Assembly: GCA_001029755.1 (NCBI GenBank)
Contig: CP011214.1
Coordinates: forward strand, 365,767 to 429,766
DNA from: Candidatus Woesebacteria bacterium GW2011_GWF1_31_35
GTDB taxonomy: Bacteria > Patescibacteriota > Microgenomatia > UBA8517
DNA: 64,000 nt
Reading direction: 5' to 3'
Shown: positions 48,840-58,752 of the stretch, piece after piece
Layout of the letters: each line of letters starts with the position of its first letter
Position numbering within the stretch: position 1 is the stretch's first letter
The notes under the pieces: model-generated
Seen by the model: only the letters and a program-made list of their open reading frames with translations
What the model was told of the DNA's origin: nothing
Database searches by the model: none
Translations under genes and position numbers: made by a program

Positions 48840-49820
48840 TTACTTCTTAGGAAGATTGTCTTTGAATTTATCTTTTAATTCTTCAACTTCTGTAATTTCT
48901 TCTTCTAATTTCTCTTCAAGTTTGACCTGTTTTGATTTAAGTTTCTTATAGACTAAGACTATTAGAAGAGTGATAATTGCAATGAACAAAACAATTGCCA
49001 TGATCGGCCAAACTGGGATTACCCAAAGACTGGTATTTTCTAAAAGTACTTTTCCTGCTTCACCATAGTTTGCAGTTAAATCGATACTATACTTACCAAA
49101 CATCCAATTTTTACCCAATTCTGTTTTATAAAGTCTTTTAGCATCAGGGAATATGTTTTTAGTTTCTAAAATAGTTTCTCCAACATTTTTACCAAACCAA
49201 TTTCTAAGTACTAATTGTCCCTTAGGGGTTATATGGTAACCACCTTTATTTAATATCTCAAAAGTAACTGGTACTGGACCAAACTGCAAGAAAACTGGTA
49301 CTTTAAAGTTACTTATAAAAGCTGATTCAGTAACTGGACCATTTATTCTAATACTAACTAAACCAACAATTCTTGGAGAAACAGTTGATAGTTGCTCGTT
49401 AATAGTTGTTGCTTCTGGAAGTTGTCCTACTTGTTCAAAAATAATTGCAACATACCTTCCACCAGGAAGGGTGTCTTTAGGAACTGTAACTTTAAAATTA
49501 ACCTTTAATACGTCTCCACTTGCAATGGTTGCTTTCTCGTAAGGAAGTTTTACCCAAGTATTCTCCTCATTTTCAAGTAAAGTAGGGGAGCCATCATCAT
49601 TATTTACAATAAAATTAACAACTTTGATGTTGCCTGAAACTGGAACAATCGATTCATTGAAAAACTTAATTTGCATGTTTTCAGTTTTTCCTGCATCAAT
49701 TACTATAGTTTGTCTTGCAGGAGCAACTACTAAAGGAAGTCTATCTTGTGCCTTAACTTCAAATGCAATAAATACTCCCAAAATCAAAATTGTTATTGTT
49801 AGGGCAAGTTTATTTTTCAT
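48840..49820 (-). CDS. DUF916/WxL-interacting-like surface protein with C-terminal TM
   Basis: Signal peptide, VVAPARQ, PGGRYVAI, NKGGYHITPKG and a TM. Confidence 0.65.
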   Translation of the reverse strand: MKNKLALTITILILGVFIAFEVKAQDRLPLVVAPARQTIVIDAGKTENMQIKFFNESIVPVSGNIKVVNFIVNNDDGSPTLLENEENTWVKLPYEKATIASGDVLKVNFKVTVPKDTLPGGRYVAIIFEQVGQLPEATTINEQLSTVSPRIVGLVSIRINGPVTESAFISNFKVPVFLQFGPVPVTFEILNKGGYHITPKGQLVLRNWFGKNVGETILETKNIFPDAKRLYKTELGKNWMFGKYSIDLTANYGEAGKVLLENTSLWVIPVWPIMAIVLFIAIITLLIVLVYKKLKSKQVKLEEKLEEEITEVEELKDKFKDNLPKK

Positions 49821-49825
49821 TTTAA

Positions 49826-51340
49826 TTAGAATATTGGAATTGCAGTGTATTTAACTTTATTATAATAATATCCAGCAGGTTGTGTAGCAGTAATATCAAT
49901 TCTATAACAAATATAAGCACTATCTGCATCAGCTGGAGTTGCTTTATACATTATCGATTGTCTTATTTCTGAAGCTGCAATGTCAGCAATTTGTTTGGTG
50001 TTAAAAGTATCACCACCTGTACCATCCCAATCAAACACCGCACTAGTTCCTGTCACATTTTGTAATGAATAACCTAGTCCCACATAGCTTGATGGATCAG
50101 CAGTCCAATCTTGTAAGGTTGATTCTGTACATTCGGGAGCGGTTTTACAAACAGTATCCTGAATACAATTTACAGATTCACCACCATTGCCTGCACAAGC
50201 TACTCCATCTTTGCCCATTTGATCATTTTCTTCAATATAGACATTGTATCCAGCTGAAGCATTAGTCGAAATAGTTATCTGTTGATTAGCATTATGAGCT
50301 TCTGTTGTGCTTCCATAGGTTGGTGAAAGAGTTCCCCAAGGAACAGATGTTGCTGTTGAATTAATAGAGTTGGAATCTCTTGTTATTCCACAGTATGATC
50401 CAGTATCGGCTGTAACTGCAGCAACTGTTAAAGAAAGTGTTTCATCAACTGTTGCTGAAATTAAGACACCCTCAACTGGTGCAATTGTGACATCCGATTG
50501 ATCCAAAGTATTAGTCGAGCCATCTCTTGTCTTAATATTAATTTGATATGCATCTGCCTGACCTTGTGTGTGGGTAGTTAATGGGGCGGGATTAATAACT
50601 CCAGGAGCATTATCAATTGTTACAGTGACAGCTTTGCTTGCTGCACAGGTTGCGGCTGCTCTTGTAAATAATATTGTATGATCAGTTGATGTACCATTTC
50701 CTGCTGTAACTGTTGCTGAACCCCAACCTGCAGAAGTACAAAGTGCAATATCCGATACTGTAACATCACCAGCTGCAATTGTACTAAAATCAAAACCATT
50801 GTTTGCTATAGAAGCTGCTGTATCTGGGATTCCATCACTAGCTCTTCCAGCTGTTCCCGGTTTGGCTGCAGGGATAGTTATTAAAAGAGTTCCACCGATA
50901 GGTACTTCTGTGGTTGTTGTAAAGGAAATTGCTAAAGATCCTGATTGTGTAGCTACTAAAAATCCATTCGCTTCTAAAGTAGCTGATAATGCTACAGTTG
51001 TGTTAAATGTAGTTCCACCTACAGCTACTATGTTAGCTACTGTATAATTTACATTTCCTACACATCCACCTTCTATTGAATTGGTGGCACAAATAGTGTC
51101 TTTAGGAAAAAGATGGTTAGTTGTGTTATCTGCATTTCCAGAAGCATCGATTGTCACAAGGGAAGCTCCGGAAGTTCCCGATGCAACACCTGCTCTATAT
51201 GAAAATCTTGAATTAGAAAGACTTGCTGATGCTGCTGTAAAGTTTGCTGAATGAGTTTTTTTGGAAGGAAGTATAAAACGGTATATTAATGCACCAAAGA
51301 CCAAAACTAAGGATAAAACAAGCACTTTTCTTTTAAACAT
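49826..51340 (-). CDS. Secreted protein with a WxL/pilin-like C-terminal domain
   Basis: TNASAGYNV and terminal QPAGYYYNKVKYTAIP. Confidence 0.6.
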   Translation of the reverse strand: MFKRKVLVLSLVLVFGALIYRFILPSKKTHSANFTAASASLSNSRFSYRAGVASGTSGASLVTIDASGNADNTTNHLFPKDTICATNSIEGGCVGNVNYTVANIVAVGGTTFNTTVALSATLEANGFLVATQSGSLAISFTTTTEVPIGGTLLITIPAAKPGTAGRASDGIPDTAASIANNGFDFSTIAAGDVTVSDIALCTSAGWGSATVTAGNGTSTDHTILFTRAAATCAASKAVTVTIDNAPGVINPAPLTTHTQGQADAYQINIKTRDGSTNTLDQSDVTIAPVEGVLISATVDETLSLTVAAVTADTGSYCGITRDSNSINSTATSVPWGTLSPTYGSTTEAHNANQQITISTNASAGYNVYIEENDQMGKDGVACAGNGGESVNCIQDTVCKTAPECTESTLQDWTADPSSYVGLGYSLQNVTGTSAVFDWDGTGGDTFNTKQIADIAASEIRQSIMYKATPADADSAYICYRIDITATQPAGYYYNKVKYTAIPIF

Positions 51341-51362
51341 ACCTATAAGATAATATGGGACT

Positions 51363-52277
51363 TTACCTTTTCTTTGTCAAGTACTTCTTCAGGTTCAAAA
51401 TTAATAAAACTAAGAATAAACTTATTGCCATTAATGAAAATGGAAAAGCAAATGTAGTTACTTCAGTTTTTTTAATTTCTGCGCTTTCATCCATTCTAAA
51501 TTCTAAATTAGCCCTATAAATTCCAATAAGAGGCTTTTTAGCTATTTTGCAATCTATTAATTCTTCGTTATTAATACAAGGAATTTTTCTAGAATAACCC
51601 GAAAGAACATTTAAAGGAGCAAGAGTTAATGTGGAATTTAAATTCGTGCCTTGAACAATAATTTTGCCTGTTGGTTTCCAAAATGAATTTCCATTATTTT
51701 GTAAAATTAATGAGTAATTAATATTTGAAAGTGAATCAATTATAATTGGAGCTTTAAAAGTTGTTATCTCTGCTGATTTTTTTGGATTCCCGTCTTTTGA
51801 AATAGTGAGTAAAATATTACTTCCAATCTGTGTTTTGTAAAAAGATGCATTTTCTTCCAAAATGTCTGTGGGTTTGTCAGTTTCAAAGACTAAAGTTAAA
51901 AAATGATCTGTTTCAGAAGTACCCTCAGGTGGTGAAATTACTAAACTGACATCAATTTTTTCTGTAGATTTAATTGTAAATGGGTTTTTATCATACATTA
52001 CCCAGTCAGGAGCAAGATTTTCTGTTAAATCCACATTGCCATTTTCATCTGAAGGGACAAAATAAACTACTTTGGGAGTTAGGATTGTATCTCCGCCAAG
52101 ATTTTCTATACTAAAAACTTGTCTTATTTCTTTGTCTGGTTTAATCATCACTTCAAAAATTGGGGGAGTAATAGATAATGAAATTGCATTTTGTGCGTTT
52201 ACAATATTATTAGATAAAAATATAGAAATTAATAAAGATAATAGAGATAGTATTGTAACTAATTTATATTTTTTCAT
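51363..52277 (-). CDS. DUF916/WxL-interacting-like surface protein with C-terminal TM
   Basis: SITPPIFE and NNGNSFWKPTG; same architecture as 48840..49820. Confidence 0.65.
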   Translation of the reverse strand: MKKYKLVTILSLLSLLISIFLSNNIVNAQNAISLSITPPIFEVMIKPDKEIRQVFSIENLGGDTILTPKVVYFVPSDENGNVDLTENLAPDWVMYDKNPFTIKSTEKIDVSLVISPPEGTSETDHFLTLVFETDKPTDILEENASFYKTQIGSNILLTISKDGNPKKSAEITTFKAPIIIDSLSNINYSLILQNNGNSFWKPTGKIIVQGTNLNSTLTLAPLNVLSGYSRKIPCINNEELIDCKIAKKPLIGIYRANLEFRMDESAEIKKTEVTTFAFPFSLMAISLFLVLLILNLKKYLTKKR

Positions 52278-52282
52278 TTTTA

Positions 52283-53014
52283 TTAATAACCAGGTATAGC
52301 CGTAAACATTATAATATTTTGATATGTTCCCGCAGGTTGTGTGTTTGAAACATTAACTTTATAAGTAATTGTTGCAACTCTTGATCTACCTACGTTAACC
52401 GAACTCATTATAGTTACTTTGCTCTCAGAATTACTGGTATCAGCAAATTGTCTAAAATATGTGGAATTAGTAAAGTCAGCTGGAATATCATCGCCTGTCA
52501 TATTAAAACCAAATCCATATTTTGAATTTGATGTCCAAACAGCAGCAGAAGTTTCGCTACAAGTTGTGTCACAGAGTGTATCAGGAATGGTATTTATTGA
52601 ATTAAAAGTCTTTAAAGGATTATTTTCAGAAGCCTTAACAGAATATCCTCCAGCCCCACCAGTTGAAACTGTTAGGGTTGAAGTATCAGTTGAGGGGGTA
52701 CCAACTGTTAATGATCCGAAATTAATTTGAATATCAGAAATTGAAAAAGAGAAAGGAATAATTGAATGGATGTATTGAAATCCTGCCTTGACTTTATAAC
52801 CTGCTGATGAATAAAGTCCAGGAGCACCTTGCCCTAGAGTTGAATCAAGCTTGAAATTAGAAGAAGAGGGAATCCCTGCACCAGAGTTAAAATTAGGGAA
52901 TTGTATACGGTAGTTAGGTGATTCAATTTTTGATTGTGCTGAGACAAAAGGAGAAAAGTAAGTAAACGAAAATAGTATTAAAATACTTAAGGTAAAAGAA
53001 AAGAAAGTTTTCAT
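52283..53014 (-). CDS. Secreted protein with a WxL/pilin-like C-terminal domain
   Basis: TGGAGGYSV and terminal QPAGTYQNIIMFTAIP. Confidence 0.6.
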   Translation of the reverse strand: MKTFFSFTLSILILFSFTYFSPFVSAQSKIESPNYRIQFPNFNSGAGIPSSSNFKLDSTLGQGAPGLYSSAGYKVKAGFQYIHSIIPFSFSISDIQINFGSLTVGTPSTDTSTLTVSTGGAGGYSVKASENNPLKTFNSINTIPDTLCDTTCSETSAAVWTSNSKYGFGFNMTGDDIPADFTNSTYFRQFADTSNSESKVTIMSSVNVGRSRVATITYKVNVSNTQPAGTYQNIIMFTAIPGY

Positions 53015-53385
53015 TTTTTACTATTTAATTCTTCAATCTCACTTTCTAGTACCTTTTCTTCATCTTTTAATACCTTAATAACTTCTTCTGCTTTTTCTTT
53101 TTTAATCTCGATTTTACGAAGTTTTGAAATAAGATAAATTATTATTCCCATTGAAATAAAGAAATAGATTACAAAAAGAAACGAATAGTGAAATATTTCA
53201 ACCCAAGCAATAACTAAAATTGAAGTAACTATAATAGTAGCAATATCAACCCACTTTCTAACTTTTAAAAAAGTCTGGTTTTTTTTGAATACAAAATAAG
53301 ATCCTGAGTATAAAACAATAATAATTGCCAAGATCCAAAGCATATATTTTAATTCTAAACTATTCTCCAATTTCTGTATAGACAA
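53011..53385 (-). CDS. Small membrane protein (start uncertain)
   Basis: Three hydrophobic helices and a charged tail; overlaps the next ATG. Confidence 0.55.
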   Translation of the reverse strand: MSIQKLENSLELKYMLWILAIIIVLYSGSYFVFKKNQTFLKVRKWVDIATIIVTSILVIAWVEIFHYSFLFVIYFFISMGIIIYLISKLRKIEIKKEKAEEVIKVLKDEEKVLESEIEELNSKK

Positions 53386-53530
53386 ATGGTTTTGGTGTGA
53401 GTTTCAAATTAGGAAATACCCATTTCTCAGCTTTTGACCAGTCTATATATTCGGTAGAATCTGCCTTTTGCCAAAAAAGTCCTTCTTCTTTTTCTGTTAT
53501 AAATTTTGGTATCCTTTTTAATTTTTTCAT
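53360..53530 (-). pseudogene. Truncated CopG/BrnA-type antitoxin
   Basis: Hand translation MKKLKRIPKFITEKEEGLFWQKADSTEYIDWSKAEKMVFPNLKLTPKPFVYTEIGE*. It has the IPKF..E..FW...DST..IDWS pattern but lacks the RHH C-terminus. Confidence 0.65.
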
Positions 53531-53589
53531 ATTTTAGATAAGATGTGATAATTAACAGTTTAGTTAAAATAGGGTAGAATATCAATCAA

Positions 53590-55890
53590 ATGATATATGA
53601 TCATAGAAAAGTAGAAAAAAAGTGGCAGGAAAGATGGGAAAAAGAAAAACTTTATACTCCAAATTTAACTAATTCTAAGAATAAATTTTATAACCTTTGG
53701 ATGTTTCCATATCCATCAGCAGAAGGACTTCATGCAGGGCATGCATTTGCTTCAACTGGAAGTGATATCTATGGAAGATTTATGAGAATGAATGGCATGA
53801 ATGTATTTCAACCGTTTGGATATGATTCATTTGGAATCCATTCCGAAAACTATGCCATTAAAATTAATGAAAATCCTAATGAAGTAGTTAAAAGAACTAC
53901 AAAACACTATGAAGAACAAATGAGGTCAATGGGTCATGGATATGATTGGACAAAAACAGTAACTACATCAGATCCTGATTATTATAAATGGACACAATGG
54001 TTATTTATCCAGATGTATAAAAAAGGATTAGCCTATAAAAATAAAGCCTCAGTTAATTTTTGCCCATCTTGTAAAACAGTTCTTGCAGATGAACAAGTAG
54101 TAAGTCCCTCCCAAGCAGGTAAAGAACCAAAAGATAAAGATGGGAAAGTTGTTAAGGATGGTAAAGATTTAAAGGTATGTGAACGTTGTGGAACTTTAGT
54201 TTTGAAAAAAGATTTAGACCAGTGGTTTTTTAAAATTACAGATTATGCAGATAGACTTCTAGAAGGTTTAAATAAAATTAATTGGAGTGAAAGAGTAAAG
54301 ATAGCCCAAAAAGCATGGATAGGAAAATCTGAAGGAATGATTATTAATTTTGAAGTAGAAGGAAGTAAAGATACTTTAAGTGTGTTTACTACAAGACCAG
54401 ATACATTGGATTCAGCAACTTTTATAGCTAAATCTTCAAAAGAATTAGATACCTTGGAAGAAAGTAAAGAAAAATTAGGTAAGTTTACAGGCCTTTATGC
54501 AATTAACCCTATTAATGATAGGAGACTTCCCATTTGGGAAACTAATTATGTTGAAGGAAGTTATGGAACAGGTGTAATAATGGGAGTTCCTGCATACGAT
54601 GAAAGTGATATGGATTTTGCTAAAAAGTATGGTATTGATATAGTCGAAGAAGATTTAAATGAAATACTTTGGAAAGAGATTAAAGATAAAGGTTGGGGAG
54701 AAAAAAATACTAATTACCATTTAAGAGATTGGTTGGTAAGTCGACAGAGATATTGGGGAGCACCAATTCCTATGGTTAATTGTTCAAAATGTGGTTGGCA
54801 GACAGTATCTGAGGATGAACTTCCAATTCTTTTACCTAATATTTCAGATTATAAACCAGAGGGAACAGGAAAAGGACCTCTAGCAAATCATCCTGATTTT
54901 TATAAGACAAAATGTCCTAAATGTAATAGTGATGCTATCCGAGAAACAGATGTAATGGATACATTTGTAGATAGTTCATGGTATTTTTTAAGATATCCAA
55001 GTGTGGGAATAGAAAATAAACCTTTTGATAAAGAAGTTACTAAAAAATGGTTACCTGTTGATCTTTATTTTGGTGGAGCAGAGCATTCTGTGCTTCATTT
55101 AATGTATGCAAGATTTGTAACAATGGTTCTATCTGATTTAGGTTTAGTTTCTTTTGAAGAACCGTTTCCAAAATTTTTTGCTCACGGATTAATGATTAAA
55201 GATGGAGCCAAAATGAGTAAATCTAGGGGTAATGTGGTTAATCCTGATGAGTATATAGAAAAATACGGAGCAGATACATTAAGACTATATGTAATGTTTA
55301 TGGGTCCAATGGATGGTGATCCTGATTTTAGAGATACAGGAATTGAGGGGATGCAAAGGTTTACTAAACGTGTTTGGAATTTATTTCACAAACCTTTAAT
55401 AGAATCTGAAATTAAAGATCAGAAGATCTTATACAAAATGCATCAGACTATAATAAAGGTAACCAAAGATATACAAGAATATAAGTATAACACAGCAATT
55501 GCTGCAATTATGGAATATGTAAATGTATTAACTCCACTTGATAAATTAAACAAAGAATCTTTGATGGTTCTTGCAAAACTTCTCGCCCCATTTGCACCAC
55601 ACTTAACAGAAGAACTTTGGATAGAAATTTTAGATCAAAAGGGTTCAGTCCATATCACAAATTGGCCTAGGGGGATTGAAAGTTACACTAAAAATGAAAC
55701 AATAACTATTCCTGTACAAGTAAATGGAAAATTAAGGGGACAGATAGTTGTTGAATCAAGTAAGTTAAACTCCAAAGACGAAATATTAAAACTTGCAAAA
55801 GAGGATATAAAAGTTGCAAAATGGTTAAAAGGTGGAAAAGTTAAAAAAGAAATATTCATTCTTAATAAACTTATTAATTTCGTCGTCTAA
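53590..55890 (+). CDS. leuS: Leucine--tRNA ligase
   Basis: MFPYPS, HAGH, DWLVSRQRYWG and KMSKS. Confidence 0.96.
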   Translation: MIYDHRKVEKKWQERWEKEKLYTPNLTNSKNKFYNLWMFPYPSAEGLHAGHAFASTGSDIYGRFMRMNGMNVFQPFGYDSFGIHSENYAIKINENPNEVVKRTTKHYEEQMRSMGHGYDWTKTVTTSDPDYYKWTQWLFIQMYKKGLAYKNKASVNFCPSCKTVLADEQVVSPSQAGKEPKDKDGKVVKDGKDLKVCERCGTLVLKKDLDQWFFKITDYADRLLEGLNKINWSERVKIAQKAWIGKSEGMIINFEVEGSKDTLSVFTTRPDTLDSATFIAKSSKELDTLEESKEKLGKFTGLYAINPINDRRLPIWETNYVEGSYGTGVIMGVPAYDESDMDFAKKYGIDIVEEDLNEILWKEIKDKGWGEKNTNYHLRDWLVSRQRYWGAPIPMVNCSKCGWQTVSEDELPILLPNISDYKPEGTGKGPLANHPDFYKTKCPKCNSDAIRETDVMDTFVDSSWYFLRYPSVGIENKPFDKEVTKKWLPVDLYFGGAEHSVLHLMYARFVTMVLSDLGLVSFEEPFPKFFAHGLMIKDGAKMSKSRGNVVNPDEYIEKYGADTLRLYVMFMGPMDGDPDFRDTGIEGMQRFTKRVWNLFHKPLIESEIKDQKILYKMHQTIIKVTKDIQEYKYNTAIAAIMEYVNVLTPLDKLNKESLMVLAKLLAPFAPHLTEELWIEILDQKGSVHITNWPRGIESYTKNETITIPVQVNGKLRGQIVVESSKLNSKDEILKLAKEDIKVAKWLKGGKVKKEIFILNKLINFVV

Positions 55891-56485
55891 TCAAAGGCTT
55901 ATATTATTTTTTCTATTAGGACTTGTCTTAATCGGTTTTGGCATATTTTTTTATAAAAACGGGGGATTATCCTCGGGGGATAAGGTAGAGGTTTTAAATT
56001 CTTCTACAGAAGGTGGAAATGATAGTTTAGAAATAGTTGTAGAAATTGCCGGAGCGGTTGAAAAACCTGGGGTTTATAAACTTCCTAATGATTCAAGAAT
56101 TGATGATTTATTAATTATTTCTGGTGGAGTTTCGGTGAATGCTGACAGGATTTGGATGGAAAAATACATAAATAGGGCAGCTAAATTAATAGATGGACAA
56201 AAAGTATTTATTCCAGACATTAGTAAGCAAATAAATAATGAGAGTGCTAATAATAATGTGGGTATCAAACTAGATCAAGGTACTTTTGGCAGTCAAACTT
56301 CAGGACTGATAAATATTAATACTTCAACCCTTTCAGAACTAGATAAACTGCCCGGAATTGGCCCTGTCTATGGGCAAAGTATCATTGAACACAGACCTTA
56401 CTCAACTTCAGAAGAATTGGTGTCAAAAGGAGCAATTAGTAAATCAGTCTATGAAAAGATAAAAAATTTAATAAGTGTCTTTTAA
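55832..56485 (+). CDS. comEA: ComEA DNA-binding competence protein
   Basis: TM, SLBB domain (VEIAGAVEKPGVY) and HhH (ININT...LPGIG). Confidence 0.9.
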   Translation: MEKLKKKYSFLINLLISSSNQRLILFFLLGLVLIGFGIFFYKNGGLSSGDKVEVLNSSTEGGNDSLEIVVEIAGAVEKPGVYKLPNDSRIDDLLIISGGVSVNADRIWMEKYINRAAKLIDGQKVFIPDISKQINNESANNNVGIKLDQGTFGSQTSGLININTSTLSELDKLPGIGPVYGQSIIEHRPYSTSEELVSKGAISKSVYEKIKNLISVF

Positions 56486-57540
56486 TGAAAATCTTCATTT
56501 TTCTATTTATTATTATATTAATTTTAGTAAGATTTTTTTTACAAAAACCAAACTTTAAAAATGGAGATACTATAAGAATCACTGCAAGAGTTTTATCGGA
56601 ACCATTGGTTTTTTCAACGTCCCAATATTTAACTCTTGAAGGGATAAAGATGTATTTACCTAAAATACCCGAAATAACTTACGGAGATAAGGTAGTCGTT
56701 GAAGGAAAAGTTGATGGAAATAAATTAATTAACGCAAAATTGATAGAGTTTAAAGTTAAGAAAGCTGGGTTTTTATATAAATTTAGAAATAGTTTAATAA
56801 AATATTATAAAAGGATTCTTCCAGAGCCTTATAGTAGTCTAATTGCAGGAACTGTGATTGGGTCAAAAAATATGCCAGAAGACTTTTGGAATAAATTAAA
56901 AGCTACTGGTACTGCCCATGTAGTTGTTGCATCAGGCACAAATGTAACTTTGACAGCAGGATTTTTATTAAGTATCTCAACATACTTTTTAAAAAGAAAG
57001 AAAGCTATTTGGATATGTTTAGTCGGAATTATTATTTATATAGTTCTTTCTGGTTTTGATGCTCCAATTGTTAGGGCTGGAATAATGGGGGCAATTTTAT
57101 TCATTGCTCAAGAAAAAGGCAGGCTAGTTTCCGCATGGAGATTATTATTTTTAACCGGTTTAATTATGTTACTAATTAAACCTATTTGGATTACTGATCT
57201 TGGCTTTATATTATCCTTTGTTGCAACAGCCTCGTTAATGCTTTTTCAGAAAAGGATTAACAGTTTACTTAAATTTGTTCCAAATATACTTCGCGAAGGT
57301 TTATCAACCTCACTTGCTGCTCAAATAGGAGTAGCACCAATAATTTACGCAACATTCGGACAATTCAATATATTCTCACCTTTAATTAACGCATTAGTAT
57401 TATGGACAATTCCCTATATCATGATTTTAGGAGCAATTGGGGGAATAGTAGGCTTAGTTATTCCTATTTTAGGTAAAGTTATACTTTTAATTGCTTTTCC
57501 ATTAGTTTGGTGGTTTGTGGGAATAGTTAATCTTTTTTAA
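56485..57540 (+). CDS. comEC: ComEC/Rec2 competence membrane domain
   Basis: GTAHVVVASGTN, RAGIM and DLGFILSF. Confidence 0.9.
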   Translation: MKIFIFLFIIILILVRFFLQKPNFKNGDTIRITARVLSEPLVFSTSQYLTLEGIKMYLPKIPEITYGDKVVVEGKVDGNKLINAKLIEFKVKKAGFLYKFRNSLIKYYKRILPEPYSSLIAGTVIGSKNMPEDFWNKLKATGTAHVVVASGTNVTLTAGFLLSISTYFLKRKKAIWICLVGIIIYIVLSGFDAPIVRAGIMGAILFIAQEKGRLVSAWRLLFLTGLIMLLIKPIWITDLGFILSFVATASLMLFQKRINSLLKFVPNILREGLSTSLAAQIGVAPIIYATFGQFNIFSPLINALVLWTIPYIMILGAIGGIVGLVIPILGKVILLIAFPLVWWFVGIVNLF

Positions 57541-58338
57541 ATGAAATACTTAATAAACTTAAGCTTGCTATCTCTAGTTGCAATATTTTTAGCAATTACT
57601 AATATTTCAAGTGATAATCTTTCAATAATTAATTGTGATGTAGGACAAGGGGATGCAACCTTAGTTCAATTTAAGAATAATCAAATATTAATTGATGGAG
57701 GTCCGGATAAATCTGTATTAAGTTGTTTGGGTGAGTATATGCCATTTTATGATAGGACTATAGAACTAGTAATTTTAACCCATCCAGAGAAAGATCACTT
57801 TGGAGGATTAATTGATGTATTTAAAAATTATAATGTTAGTAAATTTGGAACAACTAACAGTGAATCTGGCAGTCTAGAATATAAAGCGCTAATTAATGAG
57901 GTGGGGAGTAAGGGATCAGATAGTATAATCTTAGATAACAGGGTAAATCTTAGACTAGGAAAGATATATTTAGATATATTGAACCCTTCAAAGGAAACAA
58001 CTTTTAAAGGTTCAAATAATGATGGAGTAGTAGTTCTTTTAAAATATGATAAATTCAAGGCTCTTTTTACAGCAGATGTGGAAAATGAAGTTAGTGATTA
58101 CCTTTCGACAAATGATAAAGTCCAAAACGTTAACTATATCAAAGTAAATCATCATGGAAGTAAGAACGGACTGTCGGAAAAATTACTTCAGGCTACCAAG
58201 CCTAAAATTGCAGTTATTAGTGTAGGTGCTAAAAATTCATATGGACATCCCCACAAAGAAATATTAGACCTTTTGGAAAAATATAATGTAAAAATATTAA
58301 GAACAGATCAAATAGGTAATATAGAAATTGAAAATTGA
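57541..58338 (+). CDS. ComEC-type metallo-beta-lactamase domain, encoded separately
   Basis: DVGQGD, THPEKDH, HHGS and NSYGHP. Confidence 0.9.
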   Translation: MKYLINLSLLSLVAIFLAITNISSDNLSIINCDVGQGDATLVQFKNNQILIDGGPDKSVLSCLGEYMPFYDRTIELVILTHPEKDHFGGLIDVFKNYNVSKFGTTNSESGSLEYKALINEVGSKGSDSIILDNRVNLRLGKIYLDILNPSKETTFKGSNNDGVVVLLKYDKFKALFTADVENEVSDYLSTNDKVQNVNYIKVNHHGSKNGLSEKLLQATKPKIAVISVGAKNSYGHPHKEILDLLEKYNVKILRTDQIGNIEIEN

Positions 58339-58346
58339 TGGAACTT

Positions 58347-58673
58347 TTAAAACGAACGATATGATTTAGATAATTTCTTATTAATATTTTCCATTCTATC
58401 AAAAATAATTTTTCCATCAGTAGATCTTTTAATTGTGTGGATTATTCCACAAGGATATTTATTAACTTCAAGTGGAAGTATTTCAGAATTTTCTAATTTT
58501 TTCGGTATTAAGTTGTGATAGTTAACTTCAAAAAAATGTTTATTATTGTTTTCTGTTCCTACTGTAGCCATTCTATCAAAAATAATTTTTCCATTTGAGG
58601 CTGTCACGGTAGTATGGGTTATTCCACGATGACTTTCATCAATTTCAACTTTGGCTCCATTTTCTATTAACAT
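58347..58673 (-). CDS. Hypothetical protein with an internal duplication
   Basis: GKIIFDRM occurs twice, encoded by a 27-bp identical repeat. Confidence 0.55.
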   Translation of the reverse strand: MLIENGAKVEIDESHRGITHTTVTASNGKIIFDRMATVGTENNNKHFFEVNYHNLIPKKLENSEILPLEVNKYPCGIIHTIKRSTDGKIIFDRMENINKKLSKSYRSF

Positions 58674-58752
58674 AAGTTTACAGGCAGATTATCACACAAA
58701 AAATTAAAAATATATAGTTATCAGTTATAAAATTCTGGTAGAATATAAAAGT

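Noticed and set aside
56485-58338. Split comEC as a frameshift or pseudogene
   Set aside because: Two clean adjacent ORFs with intact motifs; separate encoding of the MBL domain is common.
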